From contig CAYLJV010000005.1 in assembly GCA_964384105.1 (NCBI GenBank), forward strand, positions 1-64,000: 64,000 bases of DNA, given 5' to 3'. This document shows positions 54,064-64,000 of the stretch, in pieces. The stretch comes from Candidatus Hadarchaeota archaeon (lineage in GTDB: Archaea > Hadarchaeota > Hadarchaeia > Hadarchaeales > JAGGTB01). The notes beneath the pieces were generated by a model, which saw only the letters and a program-made list of their open reading frames with translations, ran no database searches and had not been told where the DNA came from. Numbering within the stretch: position 1 is the first letter of the stretch; each line of letters starts with the position of its first letter. The position numbers were made by a program, and so were the translations under genes.

Positions 54064-54738
54064 TTATAGTACCCCTATAGCTATTTCCCTTATTACGTCG
54101 GCACTATTTTCAGATTGATCAAGTACTTCCTCTATGTTGTCTTCTACTTCCCAGAGGAAGTAAGAAGTCCCGGGTTTTTGGGAGTCGTCGGCCCATTTAA
54201 CTAGTAGTGGAGTTAGGTTTTTTGCTCTAAAGTAGTCCGCTTTTTCTTCTATTTTCTCTACTTCTTCGGTTTTTTCTATCGCTTTTTCGGGGTCCTTGAT
54301 TAATAGTGAAAATGCTTCCTCTAACAATTTCGATGATTCAAAAGCGAGATCAGCCAGATTTTTTAGTCCTTTCTTAACATCATCGTCAATATTTTTTGGG
54401 TTGAGGAAAGTTAATTTTGCACTAGCTGCCCTAGCATTGTCTGCTATATCATCTGTGGTCATTATAAGTCGTATAATCATTTCTCGGTTTAAAGGTGGAA
54501 AGTTCCCTTTAGAAAGTTCGTCTATGACCTCTGCTTTTTTGCTATCTGCCTTTTTTTCTTCGTCCATAACTTTTTTGGATTTAGTTTCTAGATCTCTTTC
54601 TCCTTTGCTGAATGAGTAGACTAGCTCCTTCATAGCTTCGACAACTTTCACTATTTCATTCATATGTTCTTTAGAGAGCTTCAATGCTCTCTTTTCTTTT
54701 TGTTTTCCGAGCCATAATATTGGTTTTTCTTTAGGCAT
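54064..54738 (-). CDS. DUF47/PhoU-like phosphate transport regulator
   Basis: EKKAD..DDIAD and EEKAD..DQSENSAD helical repeats; follows the pst operon. Confidence 0.85.
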   Translation of the reverse strand: MPKEKPILWLGKQKEKRALKLSKEHMNEIVKVVEAMKELVYSFSKGERDLETKSKKVMDEEKKADSKKAEVIDELSKGNFPPLNREMIIRLIMTTDDIADNARAASAKLTFLNPKNIDDDVKKGLKNLADLAFESSKLLEEAFSLLIKDPEKAIEKTEEVEKIEEKADYFRAKNLTPLLVKWADDSQKPGTSYFLWEVEDNIEEVLDQSENSADVIREIAIGVL

Positions 54739-54800
54739 TCTATCTCTCTATCTTTTAATTGATTAGTTTATTAGAAGCTTTTCCTTTTTCAATAAACTTT

Positions 54801-55613
54801 CTATAACTCTCCTTCAATGTATTTTTTTGTTCTCTTATGTTCTGGATTTTCAAATACATCTTCTGCAGGACCATTTTCTAGGAGTTCACCCATATAAAGG
54901 AAAACTGTATAATCAGCGATTCTCTTTGCTTGGTGGACATCGTGAGTAACGACGATTACGGTTATACCGTACATATCTCTTAAATCATTCATGAGAGTCT
55001 CTATCGTTTTTGAAGAGGTTGGGTCTAGTGAGGATGTAGGTTCGTCCATCAAGATAATATTGGGTTCTACTGCGAGGGCACGAGCTATACATAATCGCTG
55101 TTGCTGACCGCCTGAGAGTTGAAATGCGGAGGTATCCAGCCTATCTTTAACTTCTTTCCATAGTCCTGCAGCCTTTAGGCTTCCTTCTAGAATTTCTTCC
55201 TTGTTGTTGTCTAATCCATGTATCCGGGGTCCATAGAGAATGTTATCTTCTATTGACATGGGAAGGGGATTTGGTTCTTGAAATACCATTCCGACTTTTG
55301 TTCTTACATCGAGCACATCTACTTCAGAATCATAGATGTTGGTGTCTCCGATCCACACCTCTCCGGTTACTTTAGCACCCTCAGTAGTTTCGAGCATTCT
55401 GTTTAGGCATTTTATGAAAGTAGATTTTCCACACCCGGATGGGCCCATAATGGAGGTTATACTTTTTTCTGGTATACTCACGGAGATATTTTTCAAAGCA
55501 TGAAAGTCATCATAGTAGGCATTTAGATTTTTTATTTCGACTAACTCCTTTCCTATATCCAAATTTATCACCGTTTTATTTCCCAAGTTTAGCTGGATAG
55601 AATCTCTTATCAT
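54801..55613 (-). CDS. pstB: Phosphate ABC transporter ATPase
   Basis: GPSGCGKST, LSGGQQQRLCIARAL, DEPTSSLDP. Confidence 0.95.
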   Translation of the reverse strand: MIRDSIQLNLGNKTVINLDIGKELVEIKNLNAYYDDFHALKNISVSIPEKSITSIMGPSGCGKSTFIKCLNRMLETTEGAKVTGEVWIGDTNIYDSEVDVLDVRTKVGMVFQEPNPLPMSIEDNILYGPRIHGLDNNKEEILEGSLKAAGLWKEVKDRLDTSAFQLSGGQQQRLCIARALAVEPNIILMDEPTSSLDPTSSKTIETLMNDLRDMYGITVIVVTHDVHQAKRIADYTVFLYMGELLENGPAEDVFENPEHKRTKKYIEGEL

Positions 55614-55622
55614 TTTTGGGTT

Positions 55623-56477
55623 TTACCATTCTCTCTTACTCCTGTAGTGTCTTCTAATTAATATCATCCCGATACTTACGGAAAAAACAAGTAATATGAG
55701 AACTATCGCTGTGGCCGATGCATACGCGGAGGCATGTTCGCTAGTGTGTTGAGTTGCCAGTATGTAAATGTGATACGGAAGTGCCATGAATTGGCTAAGA
55801 GGAGAGTCTGGAAGAGACCCCATGTAAAATACACCGCCTACTAGGAGAAGAGGAGCGGTTTCACCAAGTGCTCTTGCAAGGCCTATTATTGACCCTGTGA
55901 TCATTCCAGGAATGGCGTGGGGTAGGACTGTTTTCCTAATTGTCTGCCATTTGGTGGCCCCTAGAGCTAGGGATGCTTGCCTGAAGGAGTTGGGTATATT
56001 TTTTAGAGCTTCTTCACTTGCTGTTATTGTCCAGGGTAGAGTCATAACGGAAAGAGTCAGCCAAGCGGCGAGGAGAGACTTGCCAAATCCAAACACCATA
56101 ACGAAAGCGGCGAATCCGAAAAGTCCATAAACTATTGAAGGCACCCCTGCAAGGTTTCTTATTGCAACTCTAACTGCTCTTACGATTTTTCCTTTCTTTG
56201 CATATTCGTTTAGATATATGGCACAGAATATTCCGGTTGGAATGGAGAATGCCCCTATGCCCGCTGCTAGGTATAGAGTTCCAATAATAGCTGGTAATAT
56301 CCCGCCTTGGGTTATCTCTCTATGTTCCCACATCGACGAGAGGAACTGCCAGTCTATTATGCTAACTCCCGCTCTGAATGTGTAAAAAATTACGATAGCC
56401 AATATGGCAATACTTAGAACACCAGCGGCTTTTAGTATTCCAAAATAGATTTTCTCTTTTTCTTTTCTAGAAAACAT
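55623..56477 (-). CDS. pstA: Phosphate ABC transporter permease
   Basis: GILPAIIGT, LAGVPSIVYGLFG, ARALGETAP. Confidence 0.95.
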   Translation of the reverse strand: MFSRKEKEKIYFGILKAAGVLSIAILAIVIFYTFRAGVSIIDWQFLSSMWEHREITQGGILPAIIGTLYLAAGIGAFSIPTGIFCAIYLNEYAKKGKIVRAVRVAIRNLAGVPSIVYGLFGFAAFVMVFGFGKSLLAAWLTLSVMTLPWTITASEEALKNIPNSFRQASLALGATKWQTIRKTVLPHAIPGMITGSIIGLARALGETAPLLLVGGVFYMGSLPDSPLSQFMALPYHIYILATQHTSEHASAYASATAIVLILLVFSVSIGMILIRRHYRSKREW

Positions 56478-56481
56478 TTTA

Positions 56482-57345
56482 TTACTCCTTGTGGATTACC
56501 CAGTCTGCTATTGTATTGACACCGAAGGTGATTAGAAAAAGGAACAAACCTATCGCAAAAAGTCCTTGATAATGAGGGCTACCTTGCACAACTTCTTGAG
56601 CTTCCATTGCTATATTTGCTGTCATCGGTCTTACTGGGTCGAGAAGGGTTGTGGGCAGTCCTCTTATATTTCCTGCTACCATGAGAACAACCATTGTTTC
56701 ACCTATGACTCTACCAAATCCGAGCATCAGTGAGGCTATTATCCCCGAGTTCGCTGCTGGTACACTCACGTTTTGTATCGTCTCCCATTTTGTTGCACCT
56801 AGCGCTAGGCTTGCTTGCTCGTATTTCTTTGGAACCCCTGATAATGCGTCTTCCGAGATACTGATTATTGTCGGTAGTGCCATAAATCCCACTAAAATTG
56901 ATGCTGTAAGCGCATTCAGCCCGTTGGAGAGCCCGAGAATACCTGAAAAGAAAGAAGCTAAGACGAATAACCCGAAGAGGCCTAGTACGACCGAAGGGAT
57001 GGCTGCGATCATTTCAAAGACAGGTTTAAGAATTTCTCTAGTTCTTTCACTGGCAATTTTTGATAGATATACGGCTGTAGCTATCCCAAGTGGAATTGCA
57101 AAGCCTAATGCTCCAAGTGCTATAAAGAGAGTTCCTAATAGGAGATTTATTACACCCCAGGATGGGTCTCCGTAGGCTAATGGGTTCCATTCTAGCTCAA
57201 AAAAGAATTCGGCCGGACTTACATTGGTGAAGAATTGAATTCCGGTGAATCCTATGAAGACGAAAATTGCCAGAAGAATAATAATGATAGAAAAAGCGTT
57301 TAAACCTAGAAAATATTTTACAAGTCTGTTTTTTATGTTACTCAT
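56482..57345 (-). CDS. pstC: Phosphate ABC transporter permease
   Basis: AAIPSVVLG, SEDAL, GRVIGETM. Confidence 0.95.
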   Translation of the reverse strand: MSNIKNRLVKYFLGLNAFSIIIILLAIFVFIGFTGIQFFTNVSPAEFFFELEWNPLAYGDPSWGVINLLLGTLFIALGALGFAIPLGIATAVYLSKIASERTREILKPVFEMIAAIPSVVLGLFGLFVLASFFSGILGLSNGLNALTASILVGFMALPTIISISEDALSGVPKKYEQASLALGATKWETIQNVSVPAANSGIIASLMLGFGRVIGETMVVLMVAGNIRGLPTTLLDPVRPMTANIAMEAQEVVQGSPHYQGLFAIGLFLFLITFGVNTIADWVIHKE

Positions 57346-57350
57346 TCATA

Positions 57351-58286
57351 TCACCTTACTTCATCCCAAGTGGTGATTTCTCCACTGAATATTTTGGATA
57401 GCTCTTTTAGAGTTAGATTGTTTATAGGGTTGTCTTCGTTTACGATTATTGATATACAATCTCTTGCTATGACAAATTCTAGCGGGTTAATCCCATTTTT
57501 ATTAGCTTCTATAATTTCTTCTTGTTCCATTTCTCTTGAAGAGTTAGCTATATTCGTTCTACCCCCTATTAAAGCGGCTATACCTGTTCCGGAGCCACCG
57601 CCTTCGACAGTTATATTTACGTTTTGGTTGTTTTCCTTGTAAGCTTCTACCATATTAGCTACTAATTGGAGCATTGTATCTGATCCTTGTATTCGTAATT
57701 CGTTTCCTGCTGAGGTATCTCCTGAATAGTTTTCTTCTTTTGCTATTTTGAATTGGTTTTCGTTCTGTTCTCTGTCTCTGGGAATAGTAGGATAAAATCC
57801 CGTATCTCTTATTATTTGTTCTCCAGTGTCACTGAGTTCGAACTTTAGAAATTCTCGAGTTAGACCACCTTCTTTAATTTCTACTACATACTGGTATAGA
57901 GGTCTTGCAATTGGATACTTCCCGGTTTTTACATTCATGGGATCTAGTGGAGAAGCAGGCTCAAGATTTTCACTTTTTGCTATTTTTAGTATTTTTATTC
58001 CAGATATTGGTTGACCGTTTTCTTTAGTTGCGTACCCTACACCCACGTATCCGATGCCGGTTTTGTCTTTCTTTACGGCTTCTACGATTGATTCGTTTCC
58101 TGCTATGGAGAAAATTTTTGAGCTGTATTCTTTCTCAATAATGTTATTTCTAAAGTATATGTAGGTCCCTGAGGAGTTCGGTCTTCCATATAGGGTTATT
58201 TCGTCTTCTTGCTTCGCCGCGACTGAACCAACTACTGCGACAATAAGGATTATTAACGGGAGAGCAACTTTCCAATCTAATCTCAT
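57351..58286 (-). CDS. pstS: Phosphate-binding protein, circularly permuted
   Basis: R..SGT/GIGYV/YPIARPL half precedes the GSDT/GGGSGTG/ANSSR/GEITTW half. Confidence 0.9.
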   Translation of the reverse strand: MRLDWKVALPLIILIVAVVGSVAAKQEDEITLYGRPNSSGTYIYFRNNIIEKEYSSKIFSIAGNESIVEAVKKDKTGIGYVGVGYATKENGQPISGIKILKIAKSENLEPASPLDPMNVKTGKYPIARPLYQYVVEIKEGGLTREFLKFELSDTGEQIIRDTGFYPTIPRDREQNENQFKIAKEENYSGDTSAGNELRIQGSDTMLQLVANMVEAYKENNQNVNITVEGGGSGTGIAALIGGRTNIANSSREMEQEEIIEANKNGINPLEFVIARDCISIIVNEDNPINNLTLKELSKIFSGEITTWDEVR

Positions 58287-58337
58287 TTCATTCCCTGAAT
58301 CAGTTAAACGATCAAAAAAATCTTAAGGGGTGGAGAA

Positions 58338-58386
58338 TATATAATTTGTCCAAGTAAAATATATACTTTTATATATGATATATATA
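58338..58386. promoter_or_regulatory. Phased TATATA repeats (candidate PHO boxes) between pstS and phoU
   Basis: TATATA at 58338, 58360, 58370 and 58381. Confidence 0.45.
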
Positions 58387-58435
58387 CAATTCATTTGGTA
58401 AGATAAAGAAATTAAAATAAATATCCGGGTTTAAT

Positions 58436-59473
58436 ATGAATAAAAATAAGAAAGCCGAAGTAAGGAAAATCCAATTAACAGGTGGATCTACGTATACCCT
58501 GTCACTCCCCAAAAAATGGATCCAGAAAATGGAACTTAAAACGGGTGAGGGTATGAGGGTAGAGGAGAGGGGATCTTATCTAATGCTGTCTCCTGCTAAA
58601 TTGGAAGATGAGAAAAATCAGGAGGCGATGGTTGAAGTTGGTCCAAATGATAGTTTGGATGCTATAGATAGAAAAATTCTTTCACTGTATCTTTTAGGAT
58701 ACAATTCTATCAATGTAAAGTCCTCTGAGGGTAGACTTTCATCAGCCCAGAAACGGTCGATAAAGGAGTTCGTTCGAAACAAACTGGTAGGGACCGAGAT
58801 AATCTCCGAGTCTATTGAAGAAATGACTTTAAAAACCCTTTTGAGTTATTCCGAGCTCTCGGTTAGAGGGGCTCTTAAGCGGATGTATAGAATCTCCACA
58901 TCTATGCAAGAAAATGCGATGGCCGCTTTAAAAAACGATGATAAAAGATTGGCGAGTGATGTTATGGAGATCGACGATGAAGTAGATAGGTTTCAAATGT
59001 ACTTGATCAGGGAGATAAAAGCTGCTATACAAAATCCATCTTTAATAGAGGAAATAGGTTTGAAAACCCTTAGAGAGTGCTTTGGATATAGGTTGGTGTC
59101 TAACAGCTTAGAACGAGTTGGGGACCACGCAGCTTTGATGGCGAAGAATATTTTGGAAATGGAAAGTTCAATTGGTGAAGAGTCTTTAGAAATGCTTACT
59201 AAGATAAATTCACTAGCGGAATCTATTCTTAAGAGGGCAGTAGAGTCTTTATTTGAAGAAGATTACGATCGTGCCGAGGAGGTTATTCAGAATCTCAAGG
59301 ATATTTACAAATTAGAGAATGAAATGAATCAATATCTGTCTAAAGAGAATCCTACTGAAGTGATTAGAATTCGTTTGATTTTAGAAAGTATAAGGAGAAT
59401 TGCAGAATACGGGAGCGATATAGCGGAGATAGTTCTTAATCTTACAGTAGTGGAAAATAACTATTCTTTTTAA
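58436..59473 (+). CDS. phoU: AbrB-PhoU phosphate uptake regulator
   Basis: RKIQLTGGSTYTLSLPKKW, DDEVDR, LERVGDH, RRIAEYGSDIAE. Confidence 0.92.
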   Translation: MNKNKKAEVRKIQLTGGSTYTLSLPKKWIQKMELKTGEGMRVEERGSYLMLSPAKLEDEKNQEAMVEVGPNDSLDAIDRKILSLYLLGYNSINVKSSEGRLSSAQKRSIKEFVRNKLVGTEIISESIEEMTLKTLLSYSELSVRGALKRMYRISTSMQENAMAALKNDDKRLASDVMEIDDEVDRFQMYLIREIKAAIQNPSLIEEIGLKTLRECFGYRLVSNSLERVGDHAALMAKNILEMESSIGEESLEMLTKINSLAESILKRAVESLFEEDYDRAEEVIQNLKDIYKLENEMNQYLSKENPTEVIRIRLILESIRRIAEYGSDIAEIVLNLTVVENNYSF

Positions 59474-59489
59474 TTACACAATGATTTTT

Positions 59490-60086
59490 CTAACCTTCAG
59501 AAAAAATATTCGGTGCAATGTCTTTTACTTCTTTCAACATTCTCTTTGCTACTTTTCTGATTTCCCACTGAGCGCTTTCGTCAAGTCTTAGATTGAAAAA
59601 GTGTAGTAATTCTCTTCCATTCATAGTCACGGTAATATTGGTCGGTGCAGCTATTGGTAGTACAAATCTCGCATCCTCTTTTGGTACTCCTTTTTTCAAT
59701 AATTTCTTATACGTCGAAATCGAGTAATCCAAGAGTTTCTTGTAGTCCTCTTCGGCACCGGCTTCTTTGATTGAGTCGGGGATAACAAAGTCTTCATACT
59801 TCAGTTTGGAAAGATTAACGTACCTCATGGATTGTTGTGAGTATGAAGCTAGTCTATGTCTGACTAGTTGGTGGGTGCAACTTCTGGAAACTCCTTCTAT
59901 TGAGAAAGTAAAATTTGCATGTTCTATTACAGAGAGATGACCGAGCTTTTTGGCTTTTCTTATATAATATTCAGCGGGTTTTTCTAAAGCGAGTTTGTCA
60001 GAAGGTTCCTTCGTATGGCAGCTCCTGAAGGCTCTTGCAACGATCTCTTCTGGATTAGGTGTATGTCTTATTAATTCGACTCTCAA
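59490..60086 (-). CDS. thyX: Flavin-dependent thymidylate synthase
   Basis: GHLSVIEH, HQLVRHRLASYSQQSMRY, EDARFVLP, AQWEIR. Confidence 0.96.
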   Translation of the reverse strand: MRVELIRHTPNPEEIVARAFRSCHTKEPSDKLALEKPAEYYIRKAKKLGHLSVIEHANFTFSIEGVSRSCTHQLVRHRLASYSQQSMRYVNLSKLKYEDFVIPDSIKEAGAEEDYKKLLDYSISTYKKLLKKGVPKEDARFVLPIAAPTNITVTMNGRELLHFFNLRLDESAQWEIRKVAKRMLKEVKDIAPNIFSEG

Positions 60087-60121
60087 TTTTTTCCCTCTTT
60101 GCTTTTTTGATATCGGACTAT

Positions 60122-60628
60122 TTACTCTCTTGTTTCCTCCAGTGATTTCAGATAGTTTTCAGTGTCTTTTGATATCCAGTCTTTAACGTTCTCTTTGAGT
60201 ATGGTACCATCGGGCCTCTTCGTAATCAGTGTTCTTATGCCTGCATTGATTATCGTTCTTTTGCATCGGTCACATGGTTTTCCTTCGAATATCTCTCCAG
60301 AATCATATTTTTGTCCATAAAGATACAAATCACCCTCTAGAACGCTTACACCATGTCTTGCTGCATTTATAACTGCATTCTCTTCCGCATGAACTGCTGG
60401 GCAGTAGTCATAACCTTTGTAGGAGGGTATTTCGAGTTCGTCTTTCAGACAACCTACTTGGAGACAGTTTACTACTCCTCTTGCAGGACCGTTGTACCCG
60501 GTGCTGACCACTGCATCGTTCTTCACCACTATAGCTCCGAATCTTCTTCTAATGCAAGGCGATCTCTTACAGACCGCTTTTGCAATGCCTAAATAATACT
60601 CGTCTTTACCTGGTCTTTTCTCTACCAA
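60122..60628 (-). CDS. dCMP deaminase (ComEB family)
   Basis: STGYNG, VHAEENA, PCDRC. Confidence 0.92.
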   Translation of the reverse strand: MVEKRPGKDEYYLGIAKAVCKRSPCIRRRFGAIVVKNDAVVSTGYNGPARGVVNCLQVGCLKDELEIPSYKGYDYCPAVHAEENAVINAARHGVSVLEGDLYLYGQKYDSGEIFEGKPCDRCKRTIINAGIRTLITKRPDGTILKENVKDWISKDTENYLKSLEETRE

Positions 60629-60700
60629 ATCTACACCACGTCTTTCCTAATTTCTTTTGCAAGGAATTTATAATCATAGGCTATGAGATTGAGTTGGTTT

Positions 60701-62353
60701 TCATTCAGTATTTTTATTCTTTCTTTTGGCGGCCGCTTTTATGAAGGACAAGTATATGGGATTAGGTTTTCCGGGTCTAGATGTAAATTCTGGATGGAAT
60801 TGTACTCCTACAGCCCACTGGTCATCTTGAATTTCGATCGCATTTACAATGCGGCTGTCTTTGTCGGTGGCTGAAACTACTACTCCATTCTCTTTCATTT
60901 CTTCCACGTATTTTGGGATTAGGTGATACCTATGCCGGAACCTTTCTACTACCCGTTCTTTCCCGTAGGCCTTGTGTAGAATTGTATCTGGTTTTATCCT
61001 GATTTCCTGACCTCCCAGTCTCATAGTCCCTCCTTTTTGTGAGATCTCTTTTTGTTCAGGAAGCAAATCTACAACGGGTTGGCTAGTTTCTGGGTCTATC
61101 TCTGCACTATTCGCTTCATTCAGCCCTTTTTCTCTACAAAATGCGATAAACAGTATTTGTGAACCAAAGCAAATTCCCAAGAAAGGTATCTTCTTTTCTA
61201 TGGCTCTTTGGGAAGCCTTTATCATCCCTTCAGCCCCTCTGGTTCCAAATCCGGGGGTCAAAAGTATTCCATGGTAGTCCTCTAGTTTTTCGAGTTTTTC
61301 AGGATCATCTTCAAAGGGTTCTGTATCTACAAATTCTAGTTCGGCTTTGTATCCTAGTTCTGCTGCAGCATGCTTTAATGCACCATTTATGCTAATGTAG
61401 CTGTCTAGAATCTGAGTGTATTTCCCGGGCATTGCTATCCGAATCTTTTCCTTCGCTTTTTTGAATTTTTCAACTGTTTCTTCCCAGGATGTGATTTTCG
61501 GTTTTCTCGCTCTAAGTCTGAGAATATCACAGAGATAATCACCCAGCCCTTGTTTTTCGAATAGCAATGGAAGTTCGTAAAGGATTGAAATTCTAGGATC
61601 CGAGATTACTGCCCTTTTTGGCACATTACTATACAGGCTTATCTTCTCTCTAGCGGAGTCTGATAGCGGTCTGTCGCTTCTCCCCACAACCACATCTGGT
61701 TGTAGACCTGCCGATAGGAGATTCTTTACGCTGTGCTGCGTGGGTTTTGTTTTCAGTTGTCCTATAGTTTGTAAGTAAGGTACTAAGGTCACGTGTACCA
61801 AAGCCACTCTATCCTCGGGTTCCTCCAATTTCATTTGTCTTATGGCCTCAAGAAAAGGACTTGCTTCTATGTCTCCTACTGTTCCTCCAATTTCAGAGAT
61901 CAATATATCGGGAGAGTTCCTTTCGGCTACAGCTCTTATTCTTTTTTTGATTTCATCTGTTATGTGAGGAATTATCTGAACAGTTCTTCCCAAGTACCCT
62001 CCTGCTCTTTCTTGCAATAGAACTGAAAGATAAACTTGGCCGCTGGTAATATTGTTTCGAGGGTGCATCGTTTTATCTAAAAATCTCTCGTAAGTCCCAA
62101 AATCTTGATCAATCTCAGCTATTGTGAAAGAAGAGTCTTCAGATGGATTGAATTCCCAGACATCGTCGGTGACGAAAACTTCACCATGTTCTATAGGGTT
62201 TAGAGTACCTGGGTCCACGTTAAGGTACGGATCTATTTTTATCATGTCTACGTCGAGATCTCTGAATTGGAATGACTTACCTATTGCTGCTGCGGCAGCC
62301 CCTTTACCTATCCCTGAAAGCACTCCACCTGTTACAAAAATAAATTTAGTCAT
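60701..62353 (-). CDS. pyrG: CTP synthase
   Basis: [39 protein letters not shown]. Confidence 0.97.
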   Translation of the reverse strand: MTKFIFVTGGVLSGIGKGAAAAAIGKSFQFRDLDVDMIKIDPYLNVDPGTLNPIEHGEVFVTDDVWEFNPSEDSSFTIAEIDQDFGTYERFLDKTMHPRNNITSGQVYLSVLLQERAGGYLGRTVQIIPHITDEIKKRIRAVAERNSPDILISEIGGTVGDIEASPFLEAIRQMKLEEPEDRVALVHVTLVPYLQTIGQLKTKPTQHSVKNLLSAGLQPDVVVGRSDRPLSDSAREKISLYSNVPKRAVISDPRISILYELPLLFEKQGLGDYLCDILRLRARKPKITSWEETVEKFKKAKEKIRIAMPGKYTQILDSYISINGALKHAAAELGYKAELEFVDTEPFEDDPEKLEKLEDYHGILLTPGFGTRGAEGMIKASQRAIEKKIPFLGICFGSQILFIAFCREKGLNEANSAEIDPETSQPVVDLLPEQKEISQKGGTMRLGGQEIRIKPDTILHKAYGKERVVERFRHRYHLIPKYVEEMKENGVVVSATDKDSRIVNAIEIQDDQWAVGVQFHPEFTSRPGKPNPIYLSFIKAAAKRKNKNTE

Positions 62354-62450
62354 ACAATATGAAAATGGTGTGGACAGCTAAAAAATTTTTGAAAGAATCC
62401 ATATTAATAAAAAATCTAATCTATAAGTGTTGAGAAATAATTAAAAGAGG

Positions 62451-63362
62451 ATGACCGATAAGCGACTGAATATTGATTTGGGTGGGCTTCAACTTAGGAA
62501 CCCAACTATTCTTGCTGCAGGAATCCTTGGTTTGACTGGAGCATCCTTGCTTAGAGTTTGGAATTCAGGTACTGGTGCTGTAATAACTAAGACAGTTGGA
62601 AGAAATCCTCGAGAGGGCCATCCTGGTCCGAGAATATTAGGGGCCTCTTGTGGGTTAATTAATGCTATGGGTCTTCCTAACCCTGGTATCGAAGAGATCA
62701 CTGAGGAAATAAAAATTGTGAAAGATCATAATTCAGTTGTAATTGGGAGTGTTTTTGGAAAAGACCCGGAAGATTACTCTTTTTTAGTTTCTGAGATGAA
62801 CCGTGCAAAGGTCGATGCAGTAGAACTAAATCTTTCTTGTCCTCATGCGGAGGGTCTTTCTACTATTGGACAGAATCCAGATCTTACTGGTGATATAATC
62901 GAAACTTCTAAAAAAGAATCCGATGTTCCTCTGTGGGCCAAACTTCCAAGTAATACTAATATAACTAATCTCCTTGATGTTGCGAAATCCGCTGAGTCTG
63001 CTGGAGTAGATGCTGTAGTCTTAATGAATACGATTCCTGCTATGGCTATAGATGCAAATTCCGAGAAACCGATTTTGGGTAACGTTACTGGAGGGTTGTC
63101 CGGTCCGGCTGTTAAGCCGTTGGGCCTCAGAATTGTTTATGAGGCTTATAAAGAGGTGAGTATTCCGATTATTGGGTCTGGTGGGGTTTTAAGTGGTGAG
63201 GACCTGATAGAGTATATTCTGGCAGGAGCTTCGGCTGTTGAGATTGGAACTGGAATATTGGAAAGAGATTTGGACATATTTGATAGGGTTTGTGAAGAAG
63301 CTTTGGAATACTTGAAAGATCGAAAAATAAAAGACTTAGTGGGAAAAATTCACTCAGATTAA
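62451..63362 (+). CDS. pyrD: Dihydroorotate dehydrogenase family 1B catalytic subunit
   Basis: NAMGLPNPG, ELNLSCPH, GGLSGPAVKP. Confidence 0.95.
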   Translation: MTDKRLNIDLGGLQLRNPTILAAGILGLTGASLLRVWNSGTGAVITKTVGRNPREGHPGPRILGASCGLINAMGLPNPGIEEITEEIKIVKDHNSVVIGSVFGKDPEDYSFLVSEMNRAKVDAVELNLSCPHAEGLSTIGQNPDLTGDIIETSKKESDVPLWAKLPSNTNITNLLDVAKSAESAGVDAVVLMNTIPAMAIDANSEKPILGNVTGGLSGPAVKPLGLRIVYEAYKEVSIPIIGSGGVLSGEDLIEYILAGASAVEIGTGILERDLDIFDRVCEEALEYLKDRKIKDLVGKIHSD

Positions 63363-64000
63363 AAATTTTCTTTTAACCCCCTGGAATCTCTACAGTACTT
63401 ACCAAGCTCACTATTTTCTATTTCTTCGTATCTGAAGATCGGTCCTTCTTTACAGACTCTTAGCCCTGAGGGATCGATTGTACATTGACCACATATACCA
63501 ATACCACACTTCATATATCGTTCTAGGCTAAGTTGACTCGGAATCCGTTTATTCTTTAGAATTTCCGCAGCCTTTTTCATCATTAGTTCAGGTCCGCAGA
63601 TCAAACAGTCATCAAAATCCCATTTTTTAATTTCTTTTTTTAGAGCGTCTGTGGCCAAACCTTTTATTCCAGCTGATCCATCCTCTGTTGCTATTATTAG
63701 ATTTACCCCTAAATTTTTCAATCTTGATCTGAACAGTAGATGTTCGGAGTCTTTTGCTGCGAGTATGGCTGTTACTTTTTTGTCTTCACTTATCGCTTTT
63801 TCTGCACTAAATGCTAATGGTGCTGCTCCACATCCTCCACAGATCATCAGAAGATTGTCTCCGGTTAAATCAAATCCATTTCCGTAAGGTCCCCTAATGC
63901 CGATTAGCTCACCTTCTCGTAATTCATGAAGTCTAGAGGTAGAATCTCCTATCTTTTCGACAGTTAATCCTATCCGACCATTTTCTTCTGTTTTTGAAAT
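63359..64000 (-). CDS. pyrK: Dihydroorotate dehydrogenase electron-transfer subunit (5' end outside the window)
   Basis: IRGPYGNGF, GGCGAAPL, CGPE, MKCGIGICGQC, VCKEGP. Confidence 0.9.
   Translation of the reverse strand: MSKTEENGRIGLTVEKIGDSTSRLHELREGELIGIRGPYGNGFDLTGDNLLMICGGCGAAPLAFSAEKAISEDKKVTAILAAKDSEHLLFRSRLKNLGVNLIIATEDGSAGIKGLATDALKKEIKKWDFDDCLICGPELMMKKAAEILKNKRIPSQLSLERYMKCGIGICGQCTIDPSGLRVCKEGPIFRYEEIENSELGKYCRDSRGLKENF

Overview
Archaeal chromosomal window with an acidic proteome and REC-PAS kinase cargo, suggestive of a halophilic MSBL1/Hadarchaeota-like lineage (inference). It contains a probable replication origin at about 12.53-12.73 kb, marked by two inverted ORB elements and a switch in strand composition. 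A 26-bp palindrome (TTTTTTGTTA-TGGGTG-TAACAAAAAA) occurs seven times: six copies lie within 13 kb of this origin, one of them between the ORBs, and two exactly bracket an orphan 186-aa gene. Core content: two orc1/cdc6 genes; an mcm-gins-cdc6-DP1-HAD-DP2 operon whose DP2 carries a 508-aa LAGLIDADG intein ending in Arg rather than Asn/Gln; a lipoylation cluster; a group 3d (Hox-type) NiFe hydrogenase; threonine, dNTP and pyrimidine genes; a pst operon with a circularly permuted PstS; and two tRNAs (intron-containing Pro-CGG, Ser-CGA). A 9.6-kb integrative element in tRNA-Ser carries a tyrosine integrase, VapBC, a TM-HerA/VirB4-like ATPase-nuclease fusion with an internal phased repeat array, and a sensor kinase. 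All calls are from motif recognition by eye; no searches were run.
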